A stretch of DNA of 51,912 nucleotides from IMG/VR virus record IMGVR_UViG_3300026306_000001, positions 1 to 51,912 of that record. One strand, 5' to 3'. Every line of letters starts with the position of its first letter. The first letter of the stretch is position 1. The position numbers and the translations under genes were made by a program. The notes under the pieces were generated by a model. It made no database searches. It had not been told where the DNA came from and saw only the letters and a list, made by a program, of their open reading frames with translations. Shown here one piece after another: positions 17,572 to 26,168 of the stretch. The stretch is from a virus (lineage: Duplodnaviria > Caudoviricetes).

Positions 17572-17906
17572 TAAAGCTGTTTGCAGAGTTCTTCGATTGC
17601 GTCTTGCTCTTCCATGTACCGCTTGCACTCAGCGATGTCTTGATCGGGCTTTAGGCGAAAGACGTTGACTCGCATCCATTCCCAGTTCGGCCAGCCGTAG
17701 TGCATCCACACCGAACGTAGCTCCCAAACTATCAACGCTCGAAACGCTCGCCACGGACCTTTGTAACAGGCTTCGATGTAGAGCCATGACGTCATCACAA
17801 TCAGAAAATCCGGACACTGCGGAAGCTCACAATTACCCTTCAGGCGAGCCCGGCGACGTGCCCGGGCTTTGTCCCAGTTGAAGTCCTTGAAGCGTCCGAA
17901 GTTCAT
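17571..17906 (-). CDS. hypothetical protein
   Basis: ATGA-coupled start at 17906. Confidence 0.55.
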   Translation of the reverse strand: MNFGRFKDFNWDKARARRRARLKGNCELPQCPDFLIVMTSWLYIEACYKGPWRAFRALIVWELRSVWMHYGWPNWEWMRVNVFRLKPDQDIAECKRYMEEQDAIEELCKQL

Positions 17907-18151
17907 GCTGCCTTGGCTCTTTCTAACTTCCTGCGAACGATATGATCTCGAGTGTCTTTCGCCCTGGCGTTTTCCACTCGTGCCGGACGGTGGCCTAAGT
18001 GCCAACCTCCGCAGAATTCACATGGGTACGCATCAAGCAAATCGCCACCTTGTCTTACGATTTCTTTCGCCCGTTGGCGGGCTAATTGGGCAGAGGGAAA
18101 CCGGAGCTTGCGCTCACACTTCTTTCTCCGGAGATGTCGCTTGCTGCTCAT
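17903..18151 (-). CDS. small basic Zn-binding protein
   Basis: CERKLRF...AYPCEFCGGWHLGH motif; ATGA-coupled start at 18151. Confidence 0.7.
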   Translation of the reverse strand: MSSKRHLRRKKCERKLRFPSAQLARQRAKEIVRQGGDLLDAYPCEFCGGWHLGHRPARVENARAKDTRDHIVRRKLERAKAA

Positions 18152-19068
18152 GATGCGTTTGGATATTCGTTCCACTCTCGGCCATCGAGCTCGCGGCCGG
18201 CGGCTTTCTTACCGACGCGCTTTGATACTGGACTTTCGTCACCTTGATCCGGCCATAAGTGCCACCGCGGATCGGTAGATAGTCGAACGCGGGATGAGGC
18301 GTCGCGTGACACGGGAAACCACTCTCCCCACTGTTTGAAGAAAAACGGAACGCCCGCCGCAACGCATTGATCACGAATTGAGCGAACCCAGTCAGGGTGC
18401 ATCGGACGCGCCCCGGGGCCCGACTCACCACCGACTACAACCCAACCTAACGTCGGATGCGAATCAATCCAGGGTGCGTGGGTCTGCGCGCACACGTTCA
18501 GCCACGAACGGTCGAATACGATCGGGCCCAGCAGCGGCTCGACACTCAGCCACCGAACCGCCCCTGGTGTTTTCATTAGTAGCGGGATCCGCTCGTCAGC
18601 GGTCTTTTGGTCTTCGACTGAGACGCCCAGCCAGACGTTTGGAAGAGGTTCATCGAAGTCAAAGCAGATTCGCGCGGTTTCCAGAATTGAAAGCATTCTC
18701 GCTGGCCGCTTTGTCAACACCTGGAAAGTGTGCTGCTTGGCGAGGGCCATGACTCCGAAGACCTGGCCGATGTCGATTTCATCAAGCGACTCATGAAACA
18801 GATCGCTCATCGAATTAACAAAAATCCGACGCGGCCGTTTCCACCGCAGAGGGTCTTCCAGATGCTCTTCAACCAGGCGAACCTTCCCGGTCCAATGCGC
18901 TCCAGACGAATTCCGATAAGCGAGCCCCTCATAAGCCTGGCCCTCACCACTGAACCGCGCCGCCACCTGCATCGCGTAGCAGTTGCGACACCCCTCAGAG
19001 ACAACAGAACACCCGCGCACTGGATTCCAGGTCGCGTCCGTCCATTCGATCTTTGACTTGTCGCCCAT
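18148..19068 (-). CDS. phage Gp37/Gp68 family protein (DUF5131, radical-SAM-like)
   Basis: SKIEWTDATWNPVRGC...GCRNCYA, FVNSMSDLFHE, LTKRP, GGESG and PFFFKQWG motifs; start reassigned to 19068. Confidence 0.92.
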   Translation of the reverse strand: MGDKSKIEWTDATWNPVRGCSVVSEGCRNCYAMQVAARFSGEGQAYEGLAYRNSSGAHWTGKVRLVEEHLEDPLRWKRPRRIFVNSMSDLFHESLDEIDIGQVFGVMALAKQHTFQVLTKRPARMLSILETARICFDFDEPLPNVWLGVSVEDQKTADERIPLLMKTPGAVRWLSVEPLLGPIVFDRSWLNVCAQTHAPWIDSHPTLGWVVVGGESGPGARPMHPDWVRSIRDQCVAAGVPFFFKQWGEWFPVSRDASSRVRLSTDPRWHLWPDQGDESPVSKRVGKKAAGRELDGREWNEYPNAS

Positions 19069-19232
19069 CACATCACCTTCGCAAGTTTCAGAATCCCAAC
19101 CACCGCCCCAACGATGAAGCCGCCAACAAATAGTCCCCAGCGTCCCATCAATCGACATGAAGGACAGAACCATTCGCCGCGGCTCATTGGGTTGAGCTCG
19201 TCGTTGCAGAGTTTGTTGAGACAACGTTTCAT
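19068..19232 (-). CDS. 54-aa protein with Zn-ribbon and C-terminal TM helix
   Basis: MKRCLNKLC...FCPSCRL...LFVGGFIVGAVVGILKLAKVM; coupled at both ends; not in the ORF track. Confidence 0.65.
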   Translation of the reverse strand: MKRCLNKLCNDELNPMSRGEWFCPSCRLMGRWGLFVGGFIVGAVVGILKLAKVM

Positions 19233-19954
19233 AGTTTTCTAAACTCCACGACCCAGACCCAGGGATTTGAATTCCAGTCACAGCCTTTTCGCTTGCCGTT
19301 GATCTTATCCCAGCCGTTCACCCACCAATTGCGGCGATTAGCGATGGCAAATTCAACAGACTGATTGCTAAGCTGCCCAACAATTGGCCCTGACGGGCAA
19401 CCTTCAGCAACGACGTCCTTCGTGCTTATCTCCTGCAACCGCTCCACTCTGACGTTGGTTATTTCGAGGATGATGCGAGACAGGTTGCGCGGCATGAAGA
19501 TTGACGGTCGCCACTTCAAATCTTCGGCGGGGTTGTCGTCATGACTCAGGCCTGTCGGATGGTCAGCGCGGAAGAATGCGCGATCTGCCAGTGCGCCGGT
19601 GCCAGGGTCTTTGGTTCTCAGGTCATCAAGGTGCGCAAACGTCTCGCGCACCCAAAGACGATCACCGCCCGCGCCATAAGGACATGCACGAATGATCGGT
19701 GGTATGGAGATCGGGAAATTGCCGTGACACACGCCTTTGAAAAACCAGTTCCCGCAAGAGCCGTGACTACGCTGTAAGGATGTCCGTTCTTCCAGCGTTT
19801 CATATTTCCGATTGAAAGCTTCAAAGTAAGGCTGAGGTTTGATAACCCGCCGAGTCTGAGTCTTGCGCCCTTCCAGAATTGCGCGAACCATCGGGCCACT
19901 GAAAAGGATCGGCCGCTCGCGAACATCGGTTGATTGTTTGGTTGCTGCTTTCAT
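19229..19954 (-). CDS. ASCH/PUA-like phage protein
   Basis: ERPILFSGPMVRAILEGRKTQTRR, CPYG..GDRLWVRETF, WRPSIFMPR and NPWVWVVEF motifs. Confidence 0.85.
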   Translation of the reverse strand: MKAATKQSTDVRERPILFSGPMVRAILEGRKTQTRRVIKPQPYFEAFNRKYETLEERTSLQRSHGSCGNWFFKGVCHGNFPISIPPIIRACPYGAGGDRLWVRETFAHLDDLRTKDPGTGALADRAFFRADHPTGLSHDDNPAEDLKWRPSIFMPRNLSRIILEITNVRVERLQEISTKDVVAEGCPSGPIVGQLSNQSVEFAIANRRNWWVNGWDKINGKRKGCDWNSNPWVWVVEFRKL

Positions 19955-19964
19955 TTCGATTGAT

Positions 19965-20180
19965 GGGCGTCTCTCCGCCCTGTCACGTTGCACCTGTGCC
20001 ACCCAAGTTCTCTGTTGCGGTTAACAACTACTTCCGCGAGTGGCCATCCGGCGTCATCGGTTTGTATCGCTTCCCCTGACAAGACCGGCCTGCCAGTTCA
20101 GCCGACTTTTAGCCGAGCTTTTTTCGCCTCCGTCAGCGACGGGTAACCTAAGCCTAAAAAGGTCAGAGGGCCGTGCAATA
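19965..20180 (-). ncRNA. candidate structured cis-regulatory RNA or ncRNA
   Basis: Non-coding gap with several nested stems: UUGCAC/GUGCAA, CCUCUGAC/GUCAGGGG, GCCACUC/GGGUGGC, CCGUC/GACGG. Confidence 0.35.
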
Positions 20181-20188
20181 AATCTCAA

Positions 20189-20875
20189 TCACGCTCTTGC
20201 CGCCGGCGCGCGCCCGCGCTTCTTTGCAACTTGATCTTTGATTGAACCCAGGTTGGCCACCGGAGCTTTCTGGGTTTCGTCTTTGGCGTTGTCTTTGCCG
20301 TTGCCCTCGGTCTTCAAGGCTTCAGCCTTCCCGTTGCCACCCTTCAAGACCTTGGCTTTCTTGTCGGCTGTGGTTTCGGCGGGCGCTTCCTCGACCTCAA
20401 ACAGCGGATACTGTTTCGCAGCTTTGAAGAATGCGCTCAGGTCATCGCTCCACGCGCCGTAGCGTTTGGCAATCAACGTCATTTCCTTCACGTCGTAATC
20501 ACCAATCGACGGCTTGCCGGATTCAAGGTCATAATCCAGCCGGCAGAACTGTTGATCAACCCACGCCTTGCGCTGTTCGGGTTTCAGAAGATTCCAGGCG
20601 TGCTTACTCACGACCAACACAACGAGCGGCATGGGCCCGTTGAAGTCGGTCTCTTCGTCACCAGAGGCGAGGAACGCGTTCAGCCCGCTGACGATCTTAA
20701 TGTCGCCGAGGATGGGTTTGCCCTTGCGCATCTGGGCGACGGCCATCCCGGTCTTTTCGTCCTTCTTTTCCTGAAATATGTAGAGGATTTCCTTGCTCGA
20801 GAACTCGTCTTTGTGGTGCTCGCGAATTACTGCGTTCGCGACTTTTTCAACGTCGGGCGCTTTGCTGTATTGCAT
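20189..20875 (-). CDS. phage metallopeptidase-domain protein lacking HExxH
   Basis: I.YIF...G...W..L...Q..A.VD-x-x-x-C...YDVKE...RYG.W layout, with QQFCR where HELxH is expected; AAGGAG RBS at 20875. Confidence 0.6.
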   Translation of the reverse strand: MQYSKAPDVEKVANAVIREHHKDEFSSKEILYIFQEKKDEKTGMAVAQMRKGKPILGDIKIVSGLNAFLASGDEETDFNGPMPLVVLVVSKHAWNLLKPEQRKAWVDQQFCRLDYDLESGKPSIGDYDVKEMTLIAKRYGAWSDDLSAFFKAAKQYPLFEVEEAPAETTADKKAKVLKGGNGKAEALKTEGNGKDNAKDETQKAPVANLGSIKDQVAKKRGRAPAARA

Positions 20876-21380
20876 TAGAGACTCCTTCCGAATTTGCGGC
20901 TGTGTGTGAACAGTCCGGAGACGTTGCGACATTGAAGCCGCCTTCGGTTTCGTAGTGGCAACAGTTATTAACGAAGTCGATTACTTCAGTGAGCGTGAGA
21001 CAGATGCGAGCCATTTTGTACATCAGTTCCGGCTCCGCATTCGCCAACAGAATCGCTGTTGGCTTACCGGCGCCAATGGCATATCCAGCTTCAAGGTGAG
21101 CCGAGCGCCCGCATGGCATCACGAGCACGCAAACATCGCATCGTTCGAGCGCGTCCATGTCCTTCCGGTAACCCATTCGAGCAATCGGATGATCGAGCGC
21201 ATCACGGAACTCCGACGGCGTCCACTGTTTCCAGTCGCCATCAACTTCCGTCCAATGGAAGCCGTTGTCACCGGGCGTGGGTTGCTTGAAGTCGTAAACC
21301 TCATGACCTATTGCACGAAGAGCGGCAATCACATGCGGCTGGAAATCGTTCCGCCATGAACTTGCTACGTAGATCTTCAT
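20847..21380 (-). CDS. nucleoside 2-deoxyribosyltransferase-like protein
   Basis: IYVASSWRN, VYDF, D...CD...GRSAHLEAGYAIG motifs. Confidence 0.8.
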   Translation of the reverse strand: MKIYVASSWRNDFQPHVIAALRAIGHEVYDFKQPTPGDNGFHWTEVDGDWKQWTPSEFRDALDHPIARMGYRKDMDALERCDVCVLVMPCGRSAHLEAGYAIGAGKPTAILLANAEPELMYKMARICLTLTEVIDFVNNCCHYETEGGFNVATSPDCSHTAANSEGVSNAIQQSARR

Positions 21381-21949
21381 TTACTCTCCTTGAACCAGCG
21401 GGCGAGCGCCGCACTGGTAATGTCTTTGATTTCTTCGAGGGTAGCCATTCGCGGTTCGGCTGAAACCCAGTCGGTTCCGGCTAGCCAAAACACTCGGGCG
21501 TGTTCAGTGTCTTCACGGAAAGTGCGAGTAACGATGGTTACCGTTCCGTCTTCAGGAATTGATTGATGCACCTCGTCATGCCGTTGCCGATAGACTTGAC
21601 CGGCTTCGTAGCTTTCGCATCTGCCCTTGCGGAGACGGATCGGTGTTGGTTGAGTTTTGACGCACCCGCCTGGCCCACATTCAAGAATCGCATAAAGGAA
21701 CTCTTGTTCACTTTCAGGGTCGAGCGTGTAGCGATACTGGTTAACCCAGCCCGCGACGATGAGAGATTCAAAACTCCACGGATGATCGTGCATCGTGGAA
21801 ACGTTCGGTACCGCGTAGCGCGAATCCCAAACGTGAAGTCGGACTTCAGTGCTGAGATACAGGCGCAGCATCCCGAGGCCTTGAAGGCTCCACTTATACG
21901 CCGTGGCATTTTCGAGAATTGTCTGGACGAGTTGCTTCGTGATCTTCAT
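21377..21949 (-). CDS. cupin-fold protein
   Basis: RLHVW...HDHPWSFESLIVAG...H..: cupin metal-binding motif. Confidence 0.7.
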   Translation of the reverse strand: MKITKQLVQTILENATAYKWSLQGLGMLRLYLSTEVRLHVWDSRYAVPNVSTMHDHPWSFESLIVAGWVNQYRYTLDPESEQEFLYAILECGPGGCVKTQPTPIRLRKGRCESYEAGQVYRQRHDEVHQSIPEDGTVTIVTRTFREDTEHARVFWLAGTDWVSAEPRMATLEEIKDITSAALARWFKESK

Positions 21950-22650
21950 GGAAGCGGACCCTCCCCGTTGCTTTGAATTCCAACTCCAAATTGTTCACCG
22001 TACCGCCGCGGCGGGCTCGGAACTATGCACTCGTCATCACAGCCGGACTTCTCTTCACCGGGAAAGTTGATAATGATTGAATTCTGCAGACTCCCAACAA
22101 CCTTGCCGTGCTTGCTGAACACTTCGATGAATGTGTTTGTTTGATCAATCCGGCCCGGGATGTAGGTAACGCATGAAGAGTGAGTCATGCCGCTTGTAGG
22201 CTTCTCAGTTACCGGATGGACATAAGCGACTCGCCGATTGAAGAAGCACGTTGGAAAATCGAGGAGCGAATTCGCGCACTTCAGTTGAGTAATCTGAGTT
22301 GTCTCAATGCTGAACGCCAGGAATATCGCATGACCAAATTCGGGGTTGTGTTGGCGCTCCCGAAGTAACCGATTCCAGAATGCCTTGGTGCGCGATTCGC
22401 CGGCGTCGGTCTTTCCGCCTGGCGGGTTCAGCCAAATCGATCGCGGCTTCGGATGGTTTAGCGAGATGCGCCACTGTGCGGTCAGACCGTTGCGAGCTTC
22501 GTCAATCCAAGCCTGCGCCTGAACATAGTTGTTTGCTTGCTCGGAGCTCGCAGGATCCAAATCGATTCGACCGAGAACCTTAGTCGCCGCTTCGATGATC
22601 CACGGAGGCGTGATCCAGTTCGGAGTATTGCTTGAGTGTCTATTGTTCAC
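21946..22650 (-). CDS. DNA N6-adenine methyltransferase (phage Dam-like, NPPG variant)
   Basis: W.TP...IDLDPAS...N and WLNPPG motifs. Confidence 0.75.
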   Translation of the reverse strand: MNNRHSSNTPNWITPPWIIEAATKVLGRIDLDPASSEQANNYVQAQAWIDEARNGLTAQWRISLNHPKPRSIWLNPPGGKTDAGESRTKAFWNRLLRERQHNPEFGHAIFLAFSIETTQITQLKCANSLLDFPTCFFNRRVAYVHPVTEKPTSGMTHSSCVTYIPGRIDQTNTFIEVFSKHGKVVGSLQNSIIINFPGEEKSGCDDECIVPSPPRRYGEQFGVGIQSNGEGPLP

Positions 22651-22850
22651 GCTATCTTTTTGCTCCCGATCGGCTTGGCTCTAACGACACCAATGTTTCC
22701 GCAGAATTCAGACTTCATTGTCGGTTTCCGTGCGTACCCGCCATCGTTTGCCGGAATGCGCAGCGTCAACAAATCGTCAACGCAGGAATCGCAAAGGCCA
22801 TCGATCAAATCCTCAGAGTCGAATACGGGCTTTTGGCATTGAGTGCACAT
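22647..22850 (-). CDS. small zinc-finger protein
   Basis: CTQC...CDSC; translationally coupled. Confidence 0.55.
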   Translation of the reverse strand: MCTQCQKPVFDSEDLIDGLCDSCVDDLLTLRIPANDGGYARKPTMKSEFCGNIGVVRAKPIGSKKIA

Positions 22851-23047
22851 CAGGCAGTTTCCTCTTTCAAAAGCGGTTCAGTTCTTTCGACGGACGCTCC
22901 ACACTTTTGACAATTCAGTTCTTCATGCCACAAACGATCCACCTCGCCCGCCAGGTCAGCTTTGATTTCCTCAAGACGCGCTATTCTTTCGTCGCGCCAC
23001 TTCACTTCGGCGCGCAGAAATTCAAGTTCTTCATGTGTCGTTCTCAC
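22850..23047 (-). CDS. small coiled-coil/CxxC protein
   Basis: GTGA-coupled start at 23047 overlapping the dnaB stop. Confidence 0.55.
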   Translation of the reverse strand: MRTTHEELEFLRAEVKWRDERIARLEEIKADLAGEVDRLWHEELNCQKCGASVERTEPLLKEETA

Positions 23048-24426
23048 GCTGCGAAGCTCCTCTCCCGCCAATCGACTTCGCGAAACTCCATCACTCGACC
23101 GTTGAAAATTAACGGCACGCTACCGCCTGCATCTTCATCGCGTTGATAGTCGATGTAGATCGTTGCCGGTCGCGCGCCTGCCTCACCCTTCCCAAGCTCA
23201 GTCCACAAAACCAACCCAACATCAACAGCCTTTGCGGCTTCGCGTGATTCCGCAGATTGATGGAAGTAGGGCGCCACGCGATCATCCGGTCGCCGGGTCA
23301 CAGTTGGCTTTTCGTAGGATTCAGACGTTGGGTGACTTAGCGCCAATGTCGCGATGTTGAATTCTTGCGAGATGTTTTTGAACCCGCGCCAGATCCCCGC
23401 TACTTCATCGGCTCGGCTCCCACCCTTGCGAGTCCTGGCGGTGAACTGATTCGTGTAATCTGCAATCACTAAGTCGATGTTTTCCAGCCGGACCATCTCC
23501 CGGGTTTTGGTTCTGACTTGTTCAATGTCGGACGTGAAGTCGTCGATGAATATCCCTAAATTTTCAAGGTTGTGAGTCGCTGCAGTCAGTGACCGGATTC
23601 TGTTTTCATCCAGCCCGAACCGAATCTGACTAACCGGCACGTCGGTGTAAGGCGCAAGCATCCGGTAGAAGTATTTCAAGTCGCTCATCTCGCGAGTGAA
23701 AACCAAAACTCGGTGACCGTTCTTGGCAGCATGAACGGTTAGCTGTTTAGCAGCTGCGCTCTTGCCATGCTTCTGCACGCCAATCAGTCCCCACAGCTCG
23801 GTGCGATTCAACCCACCCCGGCACGCGTTGTTTAGTCGCTCCCACGGAGTAGCGATCGCGCCTGAGTCCGATGAGTTCAGTTTCGAAAGATGCTCGCGAC
23901 TCTTGATCGCAATCTGCTTCATCGAAGCAACGCCGCGGCCGTCACTTTTTCGTGAGTCACGCAAGGCAAAAATTGATTGCTCGGCGTTTTCAAGAATCAC
24001 GTCATGATCGTCTTCTTCTTCGAACGCGTCCGAGGTGATCTTGTTTGCGGTTTTGATTAACTGGCGGAGCAAAGATTTCCCTCGAACAACCCTTGCAAAC
24101 TTCGCGATTGAGGTGACGTGCGGCATTCCATTTGTGAGACTCGTCAGGAACATTGGTCCACCGATAGAACCCAGCTCGTTATCGCGCCGCAGTTCCTCCA
24201 TCAAGAGCACGGGATCAATCTCTACGCCGACTCGATAAAGTGAAAGCATCGCCATGAAAACCCGACGGTGAGCCGGAACGTAGAAGTCTGCGCCGGTTTC
24301 GATATCCAACATTTGAACTGCCTGGTCGATAAGAGAATTGTCGAGAATGATCGCAGCGAGAATCGCGCGCTCAGTATCCGGCGACGAAGGCATTGCTCGG
24401 TCAAGAATTTGATCGTATTCGCTCAT
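23044..24426 (-). CDS. dnaB: replicative DNA helicase DnaB-like
   Basis: DnaB N-domain (P...E.AIL...DFY..AH..VF), Walker A GVQKHGKS, FTREM, IADY. Confidence 0.9.
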   Translation of the reverse strand: MSEYDQILDRAMPSSPDTERAILAAIILDNSLIDQAVQMLDIETGADFYVPAHRRVFMAMLSLYRVGVEIDPVLLMEELRRDNELGSIGGPMFLTSLTNGMPHVTSIAKFARVVRGKSLLRQLIKTANKITSDAFEEEDDHDVILENAEQSIFALRDSRKSDGRGVASMKQIAIKSREHLSKLNSSDSGAIATPWERLNNACRGGLNRTELWGLIGVQKHGKSAAAKQLTVHAAKNGHRVLVFTREMSDLKYFYRMLAPYTDVPVSQIRFGLDENRIRSLTAATHNLENLGIFIDDFTSDIEQVRTKTREMVRLENIDLVIADYTNQFTARTRKGGSRADEVAGIWRGFKNISQEFNIATLALSHPTSESYEKPTVTRRPDDRVAPYFHQSAESREAAKAVDVGLVLWTELGKGEAGARPATIYIDYQRDEDAGGSVPLIFNGRVMEFREVDWRERSFAA

Positions 24427-25202
24427 TTTGCTGATGCCATGAAAGACGGATTTTGATGACCATTAGATCTTCCTTCGTAAATCCCAATGAACCTTTCGAG
24501 CTTTGTCCCGTCTCGACAAATCAACTCGAGATCATCAAAGACCTGGTGCCGATCGTTTTCACCCATGTTGTGTGGTGACAGCTTGCAACCGCGGATGGCT
24601 TTTACAATCTGGTCGACGGTGTAACCCTCCTTGAGTCTGCCTAACACCGCTCGTTCTCGTTTAGCCGTAAATATGGCCTGAGGATGTTCCAGATGCTGAG
24701 CCCAGAAATTGAAAACTTGCTTTGCGGTCGCGCCACGCGACAAAGGTTGATCCGAAGATGAAGATGAAGATGAAGATGAAGGGGTTGATTTTTGGTTAAC
24801 CCCAGTGGTTGGAGTTTGCTTATCCCCAGTGGTTGGATTTAGGTTAAGCAAAACCGGATTTCCACCCCTTTTCCCCGCCTCCGTGCGTACTTTCCGTACA
24901 CTTTCGTCTCGGACCATTCGCCGACTGATCAAGGCCCCGGTTTCTTCGTCCCGGCTCGCCACCCCATACCTCAACAAGGTGGTTAGGGTCTTGGTTAGAA
25001 TTTGGTTATCCAAACCGAGGATGCGAGCCAGGGCCTCATCAGGCATCGGTTGCCCGTTCAGGAGTAGCTTTCCGCGCTCAGGAGACTCGTGCATAAGACA
25101 AAGAATTTCGAACCAAACACCCCGATCAAAATAGTCAAGCGATTGAACGCCTGGATCTTTCCGCCAGTCCGCTGGATAGAACTGGATGGCCGGCAATTTC
25201 AT
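24423..25202 (-). CDS. replication initiator protein (YdaU/DUF1376-like N-terminus)
   Basis: PAIQFYPADW...ISRRMVRD N-domain, repeat-encoded linker, upstream of the helicase. Confidence 0.75.
   Translation of the reverse strand: MKLPAIQFYPADWRKDPGVQSLDYFDRGVWFEILCLMHESPERGKLLLNGQPMPDEALARILGLDNQILTKTLTTLLRYGVASRDEETGALISRRMVRDESVRKVRTEAGKRGGNPVLLNLNPTTGDKQTPTTGVNQKSTPSSSSSSSSSDQPLSRGATAKQVFNFWAQHLEHPQAIFTAKRERAVLGRLKEGYTVDQIVKAIRGCKLSPHNMGENDRHQVFDDLELICRDGTKLERFIGIYEGRSNGHQNPSFMASAK
24754..24848. repeat. putative replication origin iterons within the initiator gene
   Basis: CCCCAGTGGTTGGA at 24800 and 24824 (24-bp period, third degenerate copy at 24781), adjacent to a (GAAGAT)n tract at 24754..24780. 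Confidence 0.65.
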
Positions 25203-25324
25203 ACTGATAACTCGGCCTCCGGGATTGAATCTTCGAACGTGGTTTGCGTATTCATTCGAGTTACGTTTTCAACTTGCTCAGGGCCCGTCACGCGGCTGCA
25301 AACTTTTTGCCGGATGCTCCTCAT
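25199..25324 (-). CDS. 41-aa leader ORF coupled to the initiator
   Basis: GAGGAG RBS, ATG 25324, ATGA overlap with the initiator start. Confidence 0.45.
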   Translation of the reverse strand: MRSIRQKVCSRVTGPEQVENVTRMNTQTTFEDSIPEAELSV

Positions 25325-25483
25325 AGCTCCTCAGCCATGCACTGAGAAATTAAGCAGTCTCACTCTGCCCCATCCGGCAAATTTCAAAAGAACTTTTCAA
25401 TGCGGGCCAGCTTCCCCACACTGGCCCGCTTCTCTGACGCAGCGCGCCCCTGCCCCCCAAAGGCTAACGCCACGCGTCAGAAC

Positions 25484-26164
25484 TCAAGTCCGTGCACTGA
25501 GGCTCGTCAGCGACTTCTCTAAGACGGCGACAAGCGGACTGGAGCCTTGTCTCAGTGCAACCAGCTGCTGAACCTTGATATCCACCTCAGCCAGGAAATC
25601 GATTACCTGTGACTCTATGTTGGCAATGCGTAGTTCGTCTCGGAAGATGCGACGAACGAACAGCTTCAAATCCTCAGGCATGAGCGGATCGTAACTGGCG
25701 AAGTCCCACCACGATCGGCCCGTGCAGGCCATTCCAAATTCGCATTGCAAGATGTAATCGGGATCGATGACGCCAGAGATCAACATTTCGATATGCGCTG
25801 GCGTGTCGCATGCCTTCAGTTCCAAACCGCCGTCTTCACCAATCAGTCCGTCAGGCGATGCGCCGGCATTGGGAATACTCGGGTGTTCGATAAAGCCGAC
25901 TTCATTAACTGTGTTATCGGAATAGAACTCGTAGGCTCTGCGAGCTTCCGGCTCAACCTCAAGGCGCCGCTCTAAGCTCAGGACCGTGCGTTGAGCCATC
26001 GGCTTCCCGGTTATCCGCTCAGCTACCAACTTCGCCAGGTAATGCTTGCGGTCCGCTCCCCAGCCTTTCTGAGTGCGGCGCATCAAGTCACCGATTCGCG
26101 AAGCCGTAACCCGGCCAGCACGAAGTGCAAACCACTCGGCCGAACCTTGAATTATTTGTTCCAT
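25484..26164 (-). CDS. YqaJ/lambda-exonuclease family protein
   Basis: QGSAEWFALRAGRVTAS, GASPDGL, LELK and WWDFASY motifs. Confidence 0.9.
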   Translation of the reverse strand: MEQIIQGSAEWFALRAGRVTASRIGDLMRRTQKGWGADRKHYLAKLVAERITGKPMAQRTVLSLERRLEVEPEARRAYEFYSDNTVNEVGFIEHPSIPNAGASPDGLIGEDGGLELKACDTPAHIEMLISGVIDPDYILQCEFGMACTGRSWWDFASYDPLMPEDLKLFVRRIFRDELRIANIESQVIDFLAEVDIKVQQLVALRQGSSPLVAVLEKSLTSLSART

Positions 26165-26168
26165 AGCT

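Noticed and set aside
20140-20172. Twister-ribozyme-like CCTAAGCC...GAGGG on the plus strand
   Set aside because: The 5' P1/L1 UAA element and pseudoknot partners could not be placed.
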